Source: a virus
Direction: 5' to 3' (one strand)
IMG/VR virus record: IMGVR_UViG_3300030102_006261
Location: 64,001 to 128,000 of that record
Length of the DNA: 64,000 nucleotides
Shown here one piece after another: positions 19,858 through 29,286 of the stretch. Both the position numbers and the translations under genes were made by a program. The notes under the pieces were generated by a model. The model was not told where the DNA came from. It was given only the letters and a program-made list of their open reading frames with translations, and searched no databases. Numbering within the stretch: the first letter of the stretch is position 1; every line of letters starts with the position of its first letter.

Positions 19858-20559
19858 ATGAAAAAACTAACGATTGTAATGACGTATTATAACCAAGATA
19901 AAATGCTCAAGAAGCAAATTGAAAATTGGAATTCATATTCCAAAGATATCAGAGATCAAGTGCATTTTATTTTGGTTGATGATTGTTCAATGGAAAATTC
20001 AACGGAAAGTTTTGATTTTTCTGGGTGTGATTTTGACCTTGATGTTTACAGAGTTCTTGATGACGTTTACTTTAACGTTCCGGGTGCGGTGAATCTCGGT
20101 GCGGATAAAACGGAAACTGAGTGGTTTATCAAGCAAGATATGGATACAATTATTCCAGAATACACCATGGATGAAATTATACAATTAACTGAATCTGCAC
20201 CGGAGAAGTCTATCTACAAGTTTTATAGAATAAACGGCACAGAAATAAGCAACGCAAACAAAATTACCCCAGGTCAGTTTATGATTCGCAAGGATGATTT
20301 TTGGGATATCGGTGCTTGGGATGAGGATTTTTGTGAAGACTATGGTATGAATGATCCTGCGTTTTTCTGGAGAGCGTCCCAAGATAATTACACAGTCTTT
20401 GAAAGACACGATCTTCACGTTACTATTGATGGTGATGGTGAGTCTGACATAGAGAGAGATTGCACGGTAAACTCTACTTTACTGGAGCAAAAGAAGTCTG
20501 GTCAAGTTGAGTGGTCGGATGATTATATCAGATTTAATTGGAAACAAATCGAAATATGA
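19858..20559 (+). CDS. GT2/GT7-like glycosyltransferase
   Basis: ILVDDCS, N.G, QDMD, FWDIGAWDEDF..YG.ND. Confidence 0.8.
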   Translation: MKKLTIVMTYYNQDKMLKKQIENWNSYSKDIRDQVHFILVDDCSMENSTESFDFSGCDFDLDVYRVLDDVYFNVPGAVNLGADKTETEWFIKQDMDTIIPEYTMDEIIQLTESAPEKSIYKFYRINGTEISNANKITPGQFMIRKDDFWDIGAWDEDFCEDYGMNDPAFFWRASQDNYTVFERHDLHVTIDGDGESDIERDCTVNSTLLEQKKSGQVEWSDDYIRFNWKQIEI

Positions 20560-21212
20560 AGATAGCTCTATACACGGTGAATATTGGAAACTACGATGAA
20601 AGAATCGTAGCTCCTGAGATACCCGGAGTTGATTTGTACATGATCACCGATGATGAGGAGGAAGTTCAGGTTCCCGGTTGGAGAATGAAATCTCCCATGG
20701 TTCTGTCGGACACGGCTAGAAAAACCTCAAGACATCCGAAAATTAATTCCCACTTATACTTTCCCGACTACGACTACACAATTTATATTGATTCTAATAT
20801 GTTCATCAATAGACATCCAAAGTTTTTTATAGAAGAATTTCTTGGCGAACATGATATCGCTCTACACAAAAATCCATACCGATCATGTGCGTATGATGAA
20901 GCAAAAGAAATACGGGATGTTCTGAAGTATGAAGATCCAGACGTTGTTGATCAGCAAGTAGCACATATGCGGTTTAATGGTTACCCAGAACATAATGGTC
21001 TTGGTGCCTGTCATTTATTAGTGCGACGTAATACACCACAGATATCTAAATTAAACGAGCACTGGTGGTCTATGGTCGCTCAGTTTAGTTACAGAGATCA
21101 GTTGAGTTTTAATTATTCTTGTTATAAAACTAATAATAAATATAAGGTAATAGAACCATATAAAAAATATACGGTACAACAGAATCACAAAAAGAAGAAA
21201 GTGACTTTTTAA
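20556..21212 (+). CDS. DUF616 (TOD1/MUCI70-like) glycosyltransferase-like protein
   Basis: YT...G.YD, R.PKI..H..FP.YDY.IYIDSN, R.C.Y.EA, RDQLSFNY. Confidence 0.8.
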   Translation: MKIALYTVNIGNYDERIVAPEIPGVDLYMITDDEEEVQVPGWRMKSPMVLSDTARKTSRHPKINSHLYFPDYDYTIYIDSNMFINRHPKFFIEEFLGEHDIALHKNPYRSCAYDEAKEIRDVLKYEDPDVVDQQVAHMRFNGYPEHNGLGACHLLVRRNTPQISKLNEHWWSMVAQFSYRDQLSFNYSCYKTNNKYKVIEPYKKYTVQQNHKKKKVTF

Positions 21213-21213
21213 A

Positions 21214-22218
21214 ATGAAAGTATTGATTACAGGTGTAGCAGGGCTTTTAGGATCTAGGTTAGCTGATTGGATTATAGAAAATAAACCAGAGTGTGAAGTT
21301 GTCGGTTATGATGATATGTCTGGGGGATATAAAGAAAATGTAAACCCCGAGGTTAAATTTTGGACTAGACACCAAGAAAATTTGTTAAACTCAGAGAATC
21401 TAAACTGGGTGTTCGAGGAAGAGAAACCTGATTATGTTTTTCACTTCGCAGCGTATGCAGCAGAGGGTCTTAGTCCATTTATCAGGAGTTACAATTATCA
21501 AAACAATACTGTATGCACCGCAAATGTTATTAATAATTGTATTAACCATGATGTTAAGCGTCTAGTTTTTACCTCTAGCATGGCTGTTTATGGTGATCAA
21601 CAACCACCCTTTTCAGAGGAGATGGTACGATCACCCATTGATCCGTATGGTATTGCAAAATCTGCGTGTGAGCAGGATATAGAAATAGCGGGTAAGCAGC
21701 ATGACCTTGACTGGTGTGTTATTCGTCCACATAACGTATATGGTATCAAACAAAATATCTGGGACAAATACAGGAATGTTTTAGGTATTTGGATGTATCA
21801 ACATCTCAATGGACAACCAATAACTATTTTTGGGGATGGAGAACAGAAGAGGGCGTTTAGCTACATTGATGATTGTGTCGAGTCATTGTGGAAAGCTGCG
21901 GTGGATTCAAGAGCCTCTAGAGAAATAATTAATCTCGGTGGTACGAAAGAATATTCGATCAATGAAGCCGCTAATATTTTACTTGACGTAATGGGCGGTG
22001 GTGAGGTAAAATACTTAGAGGAAAGACACGAAGCAAAATACGCTTGGTCTACACACCAGAAGTCATTGGATCTTTTGGATTACGAGGACAAGACTTCTCT
22101 TAAAGATGGTCTAACTGAGATGTGGAACTGGGCAAAAAAACAAGAAAATCGCGAACGTCGAGATTTTGATAAATTTGAAATTGACAAGGGAATTTATTCG
22201 TTTTGGAGAAAAAAATGA
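21214..22218 (+). CDS. NAD-dependent nucleotide-sugar epimerase/dehydratase
   Basis: ITGVAGLLG, SSMAVYG, YGIAK, RPHNVYG. Confidence 0.92.
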   Translation: MKVLITGVAGLLGSRLADWIIENKPECEVVGYDDMSGGYKENVNPEVKFWTRHQENLLNSENLNWVFEEEKPDYVFHFAAYAAEGLSPFIRSYNYQNNTVCTANVINNCINHDVKRLVFTSSMAVYGDQQPPFSEEMVRSPIDPYGIAKSACEQDIEIAGKQHDLDWCVIRPHNVYGIKQNIWDKYRNVLGIWMYQHLNGQPITIFGDGEQKRAFSYIDDCVESLWKAAVDSRASREIINLGGTKEYSINEAANILLDVMGGGEVKYLEERHEAKYAWSTHQKSLDLLDYEDKTSLKDGLTEMWNWAKKQENRERRDFDKFEIDKGIYSFWRKK

Positions 22219-23300
22219 AAACAGCATTAGTTTGTGGAGCAGGTGGTTTTATTGGTGGACATTTAGTTCAAAGACTAAAGGACGAGGGCTATTGGGTTCG
22301 TGGGGTTGATATTAAAAACCATGAATACACGGATCTTCCGTGTGACGATTTTCAGATTCTTGATCTAAGAAGCGAAACCAATGTTAGACGAGCAATGAAA
22401 GCTGCTCTAGGCGATCTCAGTATTACATTCGACGAAGTATATCAACTTGCTGCGGACATGGGTGGTGCTGGTTACATTTTCACTGGAGACAATGATGCAA
22501 ACGTTATGCATAACTCAGCGATGATTAATCTTAATGTCGCTAAGGTGGCTAGTGAGTTTAGTAACCCACCCAAGATCTTTTACTCTTCGTCTGCCTGTAT
22601 GTACCCCGAGTATAACCAACTGGATCCAGATAACCCAAAGTGCTCTGAGGATTCCGCATATCCCGCTGCACCCGACAGTGAGTATGGTTGGGAGAAGTTG
22701 TTCAGTGAAAGACTTTACTTCGCGTTCAATAGAAACTACGGGCTTGATATTAGAGTCGCTAGATTCCATAACATCTTTGGACCCCAAGGATCTTGGAACA
22801 ATGGTAAAGAGAAGGCTCCAGCAGCTATGTGTCGTAAGGTAGCAGAAGTTGAGGATGGTGGAGAGATTGAAATGTGGGGAGACGGAGAACAGACTCGTTC
22901 GTTCCTTTACATTGATGAGTGTCTTGATGCGATGCGTAAGATGATGGAAAGTGATTTCATGGGACCAATGAATATTGGATCAGAGGAGATGGTAACAATC
23001 AATCAGCTAGTTGATATTGTCAGTGATGTTTCAGGTAAGACAGTGAATATTAATCATATTGATGGTCCAACTGGTGTCCGGGGTAGAAACTCTGATAACG
23101 ATCTTATGCGAGAAAAGCTAAATTGGAGTCCATCGAAGTCTTTGCGAGAGGGTATTGAGAAGACATACGCATGGATTAGTCGTAATGTCGAAATGGGATT
23201 AGATGATGTTGTTATGACAAACGAAGAAGCGATTGAAACTAATCTAAATACATACACAGAAACCGCAGAGTTAGATACTGCTGACAAGTTTTCATTATAA
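22215..23300 (+). CDS. GDP-mannose 3,5-epimerase-like SDR
   Basis: GAGGFIG, LAADMGGAG, SSACMYP (GME catalytic Cys), YGWEK, RFHNIFGP.G.W..GKEKAPAA.CRK, GVRGRNSDN. Confidence 0.85.
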   Translation: MKTALVCGAGGFIGGHLVQRLKDEGYWVRGVDIKNHEYTDLPCDDFQILDLRSETNVRRAMKAALGDLSITFDEVYQLAADMGGAGYIFTGDNDANVMHNSAMINLNVAKVASEFSNPPKIFYSSSACMYPEYNQLDPDNPKCSEDSAYPAAPDSEYGWEKLFSERLYFAFNRNYGLDIRVARFHNIFGPQGSWNNGKEKAPAAMCRKVAEVEDGGEIEMWGDGEQTRSFLYIDECLDAMRKMMESDFMGPMNIGSEEMVTINQLVDIVSDVSGKTVNINHIDGPTGVRGRNSDNDLMREKLNWSPSKSLREGIEKTYAWISRNVEMGLDDVVMTNEEAIETNLNTYTETAELDTADKFSL

Positions 23301-23309
23301 GGATTCACC

Positions 23310-24608
23310 ATGGACAAACCAACAATTACATTATGCATGATCGTAAAAGACGAAACTCACGTTATCGAAAGGTGTTTGAGATCAATCGCGCCCTTTGTGG
23401 ATCGTTATGATATCACTGATACCGGATCGACTGACGGAACACCAGAAAAAATTGAAGAGATTATGAAGGAGCTAAATGTTCCCGGTAAAGTGCATCTCTC
23501 AGACTGGAAGGGGTTTGGTGATCACGGTGAAAAGAAAGGCTCACGAACTGAGGCATTTGAAAACGCAAAAGAAGGTGGTGCTGATTACGCTTGGGTAATT
23601 GATGCTGATGATGAAATTGTTGGTGATCCTGACATTAGCTCCTTAGAGTTTGACTCTTATGCGTTGTTAATTCATCGTGGTGATTACAGTTGGTGGAGAA
23701 ATCAAATTTTTAAACTCTCTGCTGGGTGGAGATATGTTGGTGTTCTTCATGAGTACGCTGAGTGTATTGGTACACCTGAACCAAAAATTGGTAAATTGGG
23801 TGGTGATTACCATGTTCTAGCCAGAACAGAGGGTGCGAGAAATGTTGGTATTGATCCAAAGGAAAAATACGAACGAGATGCTAAGGAGTTAGAAAAAGCT
23901 CTTGAGGATGATCCAAAGAACGGCCGTTATCAGTTCTATCTTGGACAGAGTTACTTTGACTCTCAGCAATGGGAGAAATCTGCCGAGGCTTATCAGAAAC
24001 GAGCAGAGATGGGTGGATGGCCAGAGGAGTGCTATTTTTCATTACTTAGAGTTGCCATGTGTTACGCTCTACTTGGTAAACCATTTGAAGAGATACAGGA
24101 AAAATTTCTTCTTGCACACGCTGCTCGGCCGACTAGAGCGGAGGCTCTTTATCACTTAGCTAGAATTAATAGGCTGAATGGTAGACCAGCCATCGCATAT
24201 GTATTCGCTAAAAATGCAGTAGAGATACCATATCCACAAGATGATATTCTTTTTGTTCAGGAGGACGTATATAAGTGGGGAGTCTTGGATGAAATTGGTG
24301 CATGTGCTTATTATGCAGGTAAGCCACATGTTGGATATTCTGCTTGCAAGAAACTCTTAGAAGACAACCTAGTTCCAGATGGTGAAGCAAAAGAAAGAGT
24401 TACGAAGAACTTTTCTGAGTATGAGCGTGTCTTAGGTGAAATTCATGCGGATGAATTTAAAAATAACATGGATCACGAGTTAGAGGCAATCAAAAAACAA
24501 AAAGATGAGATGGAAAAGAAGTTAGAGAAGAAAAAGAATCGGGGAGTTAAGAAGTCAACCAAAACTCCCGGAGCAAAGGGAAAAAAGAAAACTGTAAAGA
24601 GTAGGTAA
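23310..24608 (+). CDS. GT2 glycosyltransferase with TPR repeats
   Basis: LCMIVKDE, DTGSTDGT, IDADD, GVLHE; C-terminal TPR helices (FYLGQSY, EALYHLA). Confidence 0.9.
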   Translation: MDKPTITLCMIVKDETHVIERCLRSIAPFVDRYDITDTGSTDGTPEKIEEIMKELNVPGKVHLSDWKGFGDHGEKKGSRTEAFENAKEGGADYAWVIDADDEIVGDPDISSLEFDSYALLIHRGDYSWWRNQIFKLSAGWRYVGVLHEYAECIGTPEPKIGKLGGDYHVLARTEGARNVGIDPKEKYERDAKELEKALEDDPKNGRYQFYLGQSYFDSQQWEKSAEAYQKRAEMGGWPEECYFSLLRVAMCYALLGKPFEEIQEKFLLAHAARPTRAEALYHLARINRLNGRPAIAYVFAKNAVEIPYPQDDILFVQEDVYKWGVLDEIGACAYYAGKPHVGYSACKKLLEDNLVPDGEAKERVTKNFSEYERVLGEIHADEFKNNMDHELEAIKKQKDEMEKKLEKKKNRGVKKSTKTPGAKGKKKTVKSR

Positions 24609-25793
24609 ATGCAATTCATAGTTGCCAAAAACATACACGAAAACTTACCAGTTGGTTCTGTAGTTGAGCAGGTGAATCCAACTGATCCTGATGTCACTAT
24701 ATCATTGGGATTTGGTTTGGGTGAAGTGCATGTAATAAGTGAAGGTGGTGAAATATTTCTCTTTCAGGGACCTCAAAAAACAATTAAACAGGTTTTAGAG
24801 GTTGTCTATGAAAGTAAACCAACAAAAACTTTACCACCAAAAGTTAAGGAATCTGTCACTAAACCTAAACCAGTTGTGGAGCAAGTTCAAGGTAGACCTG
24901 GTGTACCCGGACCTCCCGGTCAGAAGGGAGATCCGGGTGTCATGGGTCCGGAGGGACCGAGAGGCTTACCCGGTGCTGATGGTGCTGATGGTGCTGATGG
25001 CGTGCCCGGCCCACAGGGTGAACAGGGTGAAGTTGGACCACAAGGAGCACAGGGTGAGCCTGGTGTGCAGGGAGAGCAGGGAATCGCTGGACCTCAAGGT
25101 GAACCAGGCGCGCCCGGATCTCCCGGTTTGGATGGGAAAGATGGTGTTGATGGTAAAGATGGATTAGACGGCAAAGATGGTGTTGATGGTAAAGATGGTG
25201 TTGATGGTAAAGATGGTTTAGACGGCAAAGACGGCACTGATGGTAGAGATGGTATAGACGGAAAAGCTGGTGCAAAGGGTCAGCGTGGTCCAAAAGGTTC
25301 AAAGGGTGATCCGGGTAAGATTGGACCGAAGGGCGATCGAGGTGATGCAGGTGAAAGAGGAGAAAAGGGAGATGCAGGAAAAGATGGTGAAGCTCCTGTA
25401 ATGAGAGCTAAATTCCCTCTTAAACTCGAAGAGGATGGTGTGTTGTCATTCGACAGAGTTTCTTTGGACAACTTACTTCGAGTTAGTTCTGGTACAAACG
25501 GTCCTGACTATGCCGCCGTGAATGACTGGTTGGCAGCAGCGGGTGGTGCGGTTGGTATTAGAAAAGATGGTAATCTTTTAATTAGTTCCGTTAGTGATAT
25601 GAAGTTTCGTGGTATAAATATGAATGTAACACTACAAGGAAAAGATGTGGATCTAACCTCTGGTGTGTATATTTCAGACACTGATCCTACCACAGAGGGT
25701 GTAGAGACTGTGTCAGGCGAACTTTGGTTTGATACAAGCGGCGGGGGCGGAGTTTTAAGAATGAGAAACGTTAACGAATGGTTTGAAATCTAA
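24609..25793 (+). CDS. Collagen-like (Gly-X-Y) fibre protein
   Basis: Long uninterrupted Gly-X-Y tract; C-terminal GELWFD...WFEI motif. Confidence 0.88.
   Translation: MQFIVAKNIHENLPVGSVVEQVNPTDPDVTISLGFGLGEVHVISEGGEIFLFQGPQKTIKQVLEVVYESKPTKTLPPKVKESVTKPKPVVEQVQGRPGVPGPPGQKGDPGVMGPEGPRGLPGADGADGADGVPGPQGEQGEVGPQGAQGEPGVQGEQGIAGPQGEPGAPGSPGLDGKDGVDGKDGLDGKDGVDGKDGVDGKDGLDGKDGTDGRDGIDGKAGAKGQRGPKGSKGDPGKIGPKGDRGDAGERGEKGDAGKDGEAPVMRAKFPLKLEEDGVLSFDRVSLDNLLRVSSGTNGPDYAAVNDWLAAAGGAVGIRKDGNLLISSVSDMKFRGINMNVTLQGKDVDLTSGVYISDTDPTTEGVETVSGELWFDTSGGGGVLRMRNVNEWFEI
25131..25268 (+). repeat. Tandem 18-nt repeats encoding (D)GKDG(V/L/T/I)
   Basis: GATGGTAAAGATGGTGTT-like units repeated within the collagen tract. 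Confidence 0.85.
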
Positions 25794-27196
25794 TGGGTAA
25801 AGAAACAATTGCATTTCCAACAACAGGATTAGTCACGAATGTGAGTAAGCACACCATCGGTACCAAGTCGTGGGTGTGGAATGGTTCTGCGTGGGATAAA
25901 GACGAACATGGGCACAGTGGAAATAATGTTGTTGATTCTTTCAACGGTCAAACTGGTGATGTGACAGGTGTTGGTTCATTTGATGGTTTGACTGGTAGTG
26001 TTCTTGCACGGAACATATTACCACACATTCACCTAGCAGGTATCTCCTCCGATGGTGGAGCAACCTTTGGTGGTATCGTCAACCACAGTGGTGACGTTAA
26101 TATTACAGGTGCATTGGACGTAACTGGTAACTCCCACCTCATTGGTGGTATATCTGCTGACAGGGGAGCAACACTCAGTGAAATTACTATCGTGGCCGGT
26201 AGTGGTATTAAGAACACGAATGATGCACCTAACCTAGCAGTCAAATTCGAAACCGGCAAAGTAACATTGGGTGACGCCTCGGGTAGTGATGATAACACAA
26301 CAGTTGTGGTTGATGATGGGAATACAACAATTGAATTGAACTCCCCCACTGTCACAGTCAGTGAGGACATCGTTCATTCTGGTGACACGAATACTAAACT
26401 CACATTCAACACAGATCAGATTAAAACTGATGCTGGTGGAAACACAATAATAGAAGTGAACGCTGGTGATTTCAAAGTCCTTACTGGTATATCCGCAGCA
26501 GCAGGGGCCACGTTCGCAGGGTTGGTAGAGTCGAGTGGTATATCGTGTGGTACGTCCACAGTCGGATCGGTTACTATTGGTGGTGGTGTCATGGTAGGTA
26601 CAGCAACTGTCGCTCTTTTGGCAAACACCGCAACAGCAGCGACTACTGCAACTAACGTTAGTATATCAGCAGTGGATGATGATACACAATATAGAATTCC
26701 TTTTGCAGCAGGTGCAGCAGCAGGAACAGTCGCTCTTGGATTAAAGAGTGACAGTGGTAACACATCTGAAGGGCTGTTCTTCCGCCCTGACATCGCAACA
26801 CTCACAACCGGAACTGTGCAAGCTCTTGGTGTAACTTTAGGTGACAGAGGAATTACGTTTGCTGATGGAACTGGTATTGTCACCGCCACGAGAACTGATT
26901 CATACACTGGACAAATCGAAACTGTATCGGACAAAACATATATCATCGATCCCTCTGCCGCCACTGACAGAACAATTACCGGGTATTATATCAAATCTGG
27001 TGCTGGTACGGTAACAGCAACTCTGAAAAACGCAAACGACACAGTTAAGGCTGCTAGTGTTGCGACTACAAGCGGTGATCAAAGTTCTTTGGCTAATACC
27101 TCCGTGTCCGCAGGTGCAACCATGAGTATTGTTACGTCCAGTAATTCGTCTGCAACTGATGTCGTGTTCAGCGTGGAGTATACTACAATATCATGA
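25793..27196 (+). CDS. Tail/head fibre-like protein, Thr/Gly/Ala-rich
   Basis: N-terminal FP...W.WNG.AW, V.SFNGQTGDV repeats, repeated GIS.DxGATF. Confidence 0.7.
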   Translation: MGKETIAFPTTGLVTNVSKHTIGTKSWVWNGSAWDKDEHGHSGNNVVDSFNGQTGDVTGVGSFDGLTGSVLARNILPHIHLAGISSDGGATFGGIVNHSGDVNITGALDVTGNSHLIGGISADRGATLSEITIVAGSGIKNTNDAPNLAVKFETGKVTLGDASGSDDNTTVVVDDGNTTIELNSPTVTVSEDIVHSGDTNTKLTFNTDQIKTDAGGNTIIEVNAGDFKVLTGISAAAGATFAGLVESSGISCGTSTVGSVTIGGGVMVGTATVALLANTATAATTATNVSISAVDDDTQYRIPFAAGAAAGTVALGLKSDSGNTSEGLFFRPDIATLTTGTVQALGVTLGDRGITFADGTGIVTATRTDSYTGQIETVSDKTYIIDPSAATDRTITGYYIKSGAGTVTATLKNANDTVKAASVATTSGDQSSLANTSVSAGATMSIVTSSNSSATDVVFSVEYTTIS

Positions 27197-27654
27197 GCCC
27201 CAAATGGTTATTTTTTCCTGCACCAGCACCAGATCAATACATCTATACATTCAATACTGATAGATCAGTTGTTCGCGGTTCCGCATCACCCACCGCCAGG
27301 AAGCAAACAGCAGTCGGTACAGAAAGTGGAACTCTAGTGGATCAATTCGCTCCATTTGCTACCAACACTCAAATACAGTTGTCGATCCCAAACAGAATTA
27401 CATTTAAAGTTCAGAGTAACGATACGTCTACGCCGGGGTTTGAAAACACCACGAACATAGCAAACAATATAACGGCTTGCACTCTTACTGTGGGAGGTAA
27501 TACGTTTACTCCAGAGTCGATAACAATAGGCGGGAATAACACCAAACCACAATTTCAAATGAACACCACTGATGGCTCCGCTAGTACATTTTATAGTGAC
27601 AACAACCTTGATGACACTGACAACATAGATATTGTCATGACACTAACATTCTAA
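27193..27654 (+). CDS. Hypothetical beta-rich protein, likely structural
   Basis: Thr/Asn-rich ORF coupled (ATGA) to the fibre gene. Confidence 0.5.
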   Translation: MSPKWLFFPAPAPDQYIYTFNTDRSVVRGSASPTARKQTAVGTESGTLVDQFAPFATNTQIQLSIPNRITFKVQSNDTSTPGFENTTNIANNITACTLTVGGNTFTPESITIGGNNTKPQFQMNTTDGSASTFYSDNNLDDTDNIDIVMTLTF

Positions 27655-27665
27655 AGGTAGATAAG

Positions 27666-28190
27666 ATGACAGAAATTAGATACGAAGTGAATGTTCCAAA
27701 TGGGGTCTCTGGTAACTTTAAGGTGGTTGGTGGGGACGAGACAGTTCTCTACCAAAACATCGGTGATAAGTGGATGAACATAATGGATGACAGTGAACTT
27801 GAAGCAGAACAAGCGACCGCATTTCTGTCTGCTGCAACTGGTGATGTTTTACTCGCTGGACTGGGGTTGGGTATGGTCTTACAGCCGCTGATCGATAATC
27901 GAAATGTGACGAGTATTACCATCATAGAAAAATATCAAGAAGTCATTGATTTGGTTTCGCCTCATGTTGTTTCCTCGAAGACAATTAATATTATAAATGA
28001 TGATATCTATACTTGGACACCAGACAAAAATTATGATGTGGCGTGGTTTGACTCTTACGTCTACCCACAGGATGGTGATGAGCCTCTTGGGGATTATCTT
28101 ATTGACATGACAAACAAATATAGAACAGTTGTTGGATCAGCATATTTTTGGCCCGGTGGTTCCGTAATCACTGGCCATCGTGCTTGGTAA
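27666..28190 (+). CDS. Class I SAM-dependent methyltransferase (spermidine-synthase-like fold)
   Basis: VLLAGLGLG, TIIEK..EVI, D..W, YD..WFD. Confidence 0.75.
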   Translation: MTEIRYEVNVPNGVSGNFKVVGGDETVLYQNIGDKWMNIMDDSELEAEQATAFLSAATGDVLLAGLGLGMVLQPLIDNRNVTSITIIEKYQEVIDLVSPHVVSSKTINIINDDIYTWTPDKNYDVAWFDSYVYPQDGDEPLGDYLIDMTNKYRTVVGSAYFWPGGSVITGHRAW

Positions 28191-28197
28191 AATATAC

Positions 28198-28225
28198 TTG
28201 ACTTTTGATACGAGAATGCTATTAT
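28198..28225 (+). promoter_or_regulatory. Sigma70-type promoter giving a probable leaderless dUTPase mRNA
   Basis: TTGACT-16-TATTAT with extended TG; ATG 6 nt after the -10; no SD. Confidence 0.6.
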
Positions 28226-28231
28226 AACTAC

Positions 28232-28786
28232 ATGCAAATACACAAACTTTATCCTAACGTAATCGTGCCCAAGCGACAGACGGATCTTTCGGCTTGCTAC
28301 GATATTCACGCACATCTAAGAAGCGGTGTTATCTCGGAGGACAGAACACCTGAATTCAGAAAGATCAAAATGATTGATCGAATGAATCATGCAATTGAAA
28401 TTATGCCGGAAACCACATGGGATAGTGATATGCCACACACTACCATTACAATTCCAGCTAATACTCGTGCGCTGATTCCCACAGGTATCATCTTCGATGT
28501 TGAACCAGAATATTCAATTCGTATGCATCCAAGATCAGGTCTATCTTGGAAGCATGGTGTTACCATGATCAATTGTGAGGGTGTGATCGATGCAGATTAC
28601 AGTGAAGAAGTCTTTATCCCACTGTTTAACGTGTCTGAGGCACCATACACAATTGAACACGGAGATAGGATTGCACAGTTTGAAATTGTTCGATATTATG
28701 ATACAGTTACGTATCTTACTGTAACTGAAGCAGAAGCAAAGAGAAAAACAAATCGAGTCGGCGGATTCGGATCAACAGGAGTATAA
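28232..28786 (+). CDS. dut: Trimeric dUTPase
   Basis: SACYD, PRSGL, GVIDADY, GDRIAQ, R.GGFGSTG motifs. Confidence 0.95.
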   Translation: MQIHKLYPNVIVPKRQTDLSACYDIHAHLRSGVISEDRTPEFRKIKMIDRMNHAIEIMPETTWDSDMPHTTITIPANTRALIPTGIIFDVEPEYSIRMHPRSGLSWKHGVTMINCEGVIDADYSEEVFIPLFNVSEAPYTIEHGDRIAQFEIVRYYDTVTYLTVTEAEAKRKTNRVGGFGSTGV

Positions 28787-28789
28787 ATT

Positions 28790-29284
28790 ATGAATCGCGA
28801 TGAGTTACTGAAGTTTCACGCATCGGTGTGTGAAGACGCTAGAAATCTTATGAAGCTTAAGAATCGTGACTATGCTGGGAACGGTGGAACAGAGCCTTTT
28901 GCTAATTTTACTAGGTGTGAAGCGATGGGTGTATGTCAGACTGAAGCTGGTATTCTTGTTCGGGTAATCGATAAGATTAGTCGAATGAGTTCTTTTCTTG
29001 AATCTGGTAAGATGCATGTCGAAGATGAGAGTTTTTATGACGCGATGATTGATGTTGTAAACTACATGGTTCTTCTTGGTGCTTATGTGCAAGACAAGGA
29101 TAAATCAGCAAATGCCGAGACGCTTCCCGGTAGTCTGGTGAAAAATTGGTCTTATGGTGAGGAGGATCTAACTCCAAAGGAAGTAGTGTCTACCATGGAC
29201 ACACACCTTAGTTCTACAGTATCGATGTATGACGAAGAGACTAAAGATTTACCAAGAGAAACCATTTTTCATCACCAAGTTTAA
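28790..29284 (+). CDS. DUF1599/Nmad1-like all-alpha nucleotide-modification-associated protein
   Basis: KN.DY, R..DK..R, ES..D...D..NY. Confidence 0.65.
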   Translation: MNRDELLKFHASVCEDARNLMKLKNRDYAGNGGTEPFANFTRCEAMGVCQTEAGILVRVIDKISRMSSFLESGKMHVEDESFYDAMIDVVNYMVLLGAYVQDKDKSANAETLPGSLVKNWSYGEEDLTPKEVVSTMDTHLSSTVSMYDEETKDLPRETIFHHQV

Positions 29285-29286
29285 AT

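Noticed and set aside
25131-25268. Tandem repeats as a CRISPR array
   Set aside because: In-frame coding repeats without unique spacers; no cas genes (the 54598-55275 nuclease is a standalone phage exonuclease).
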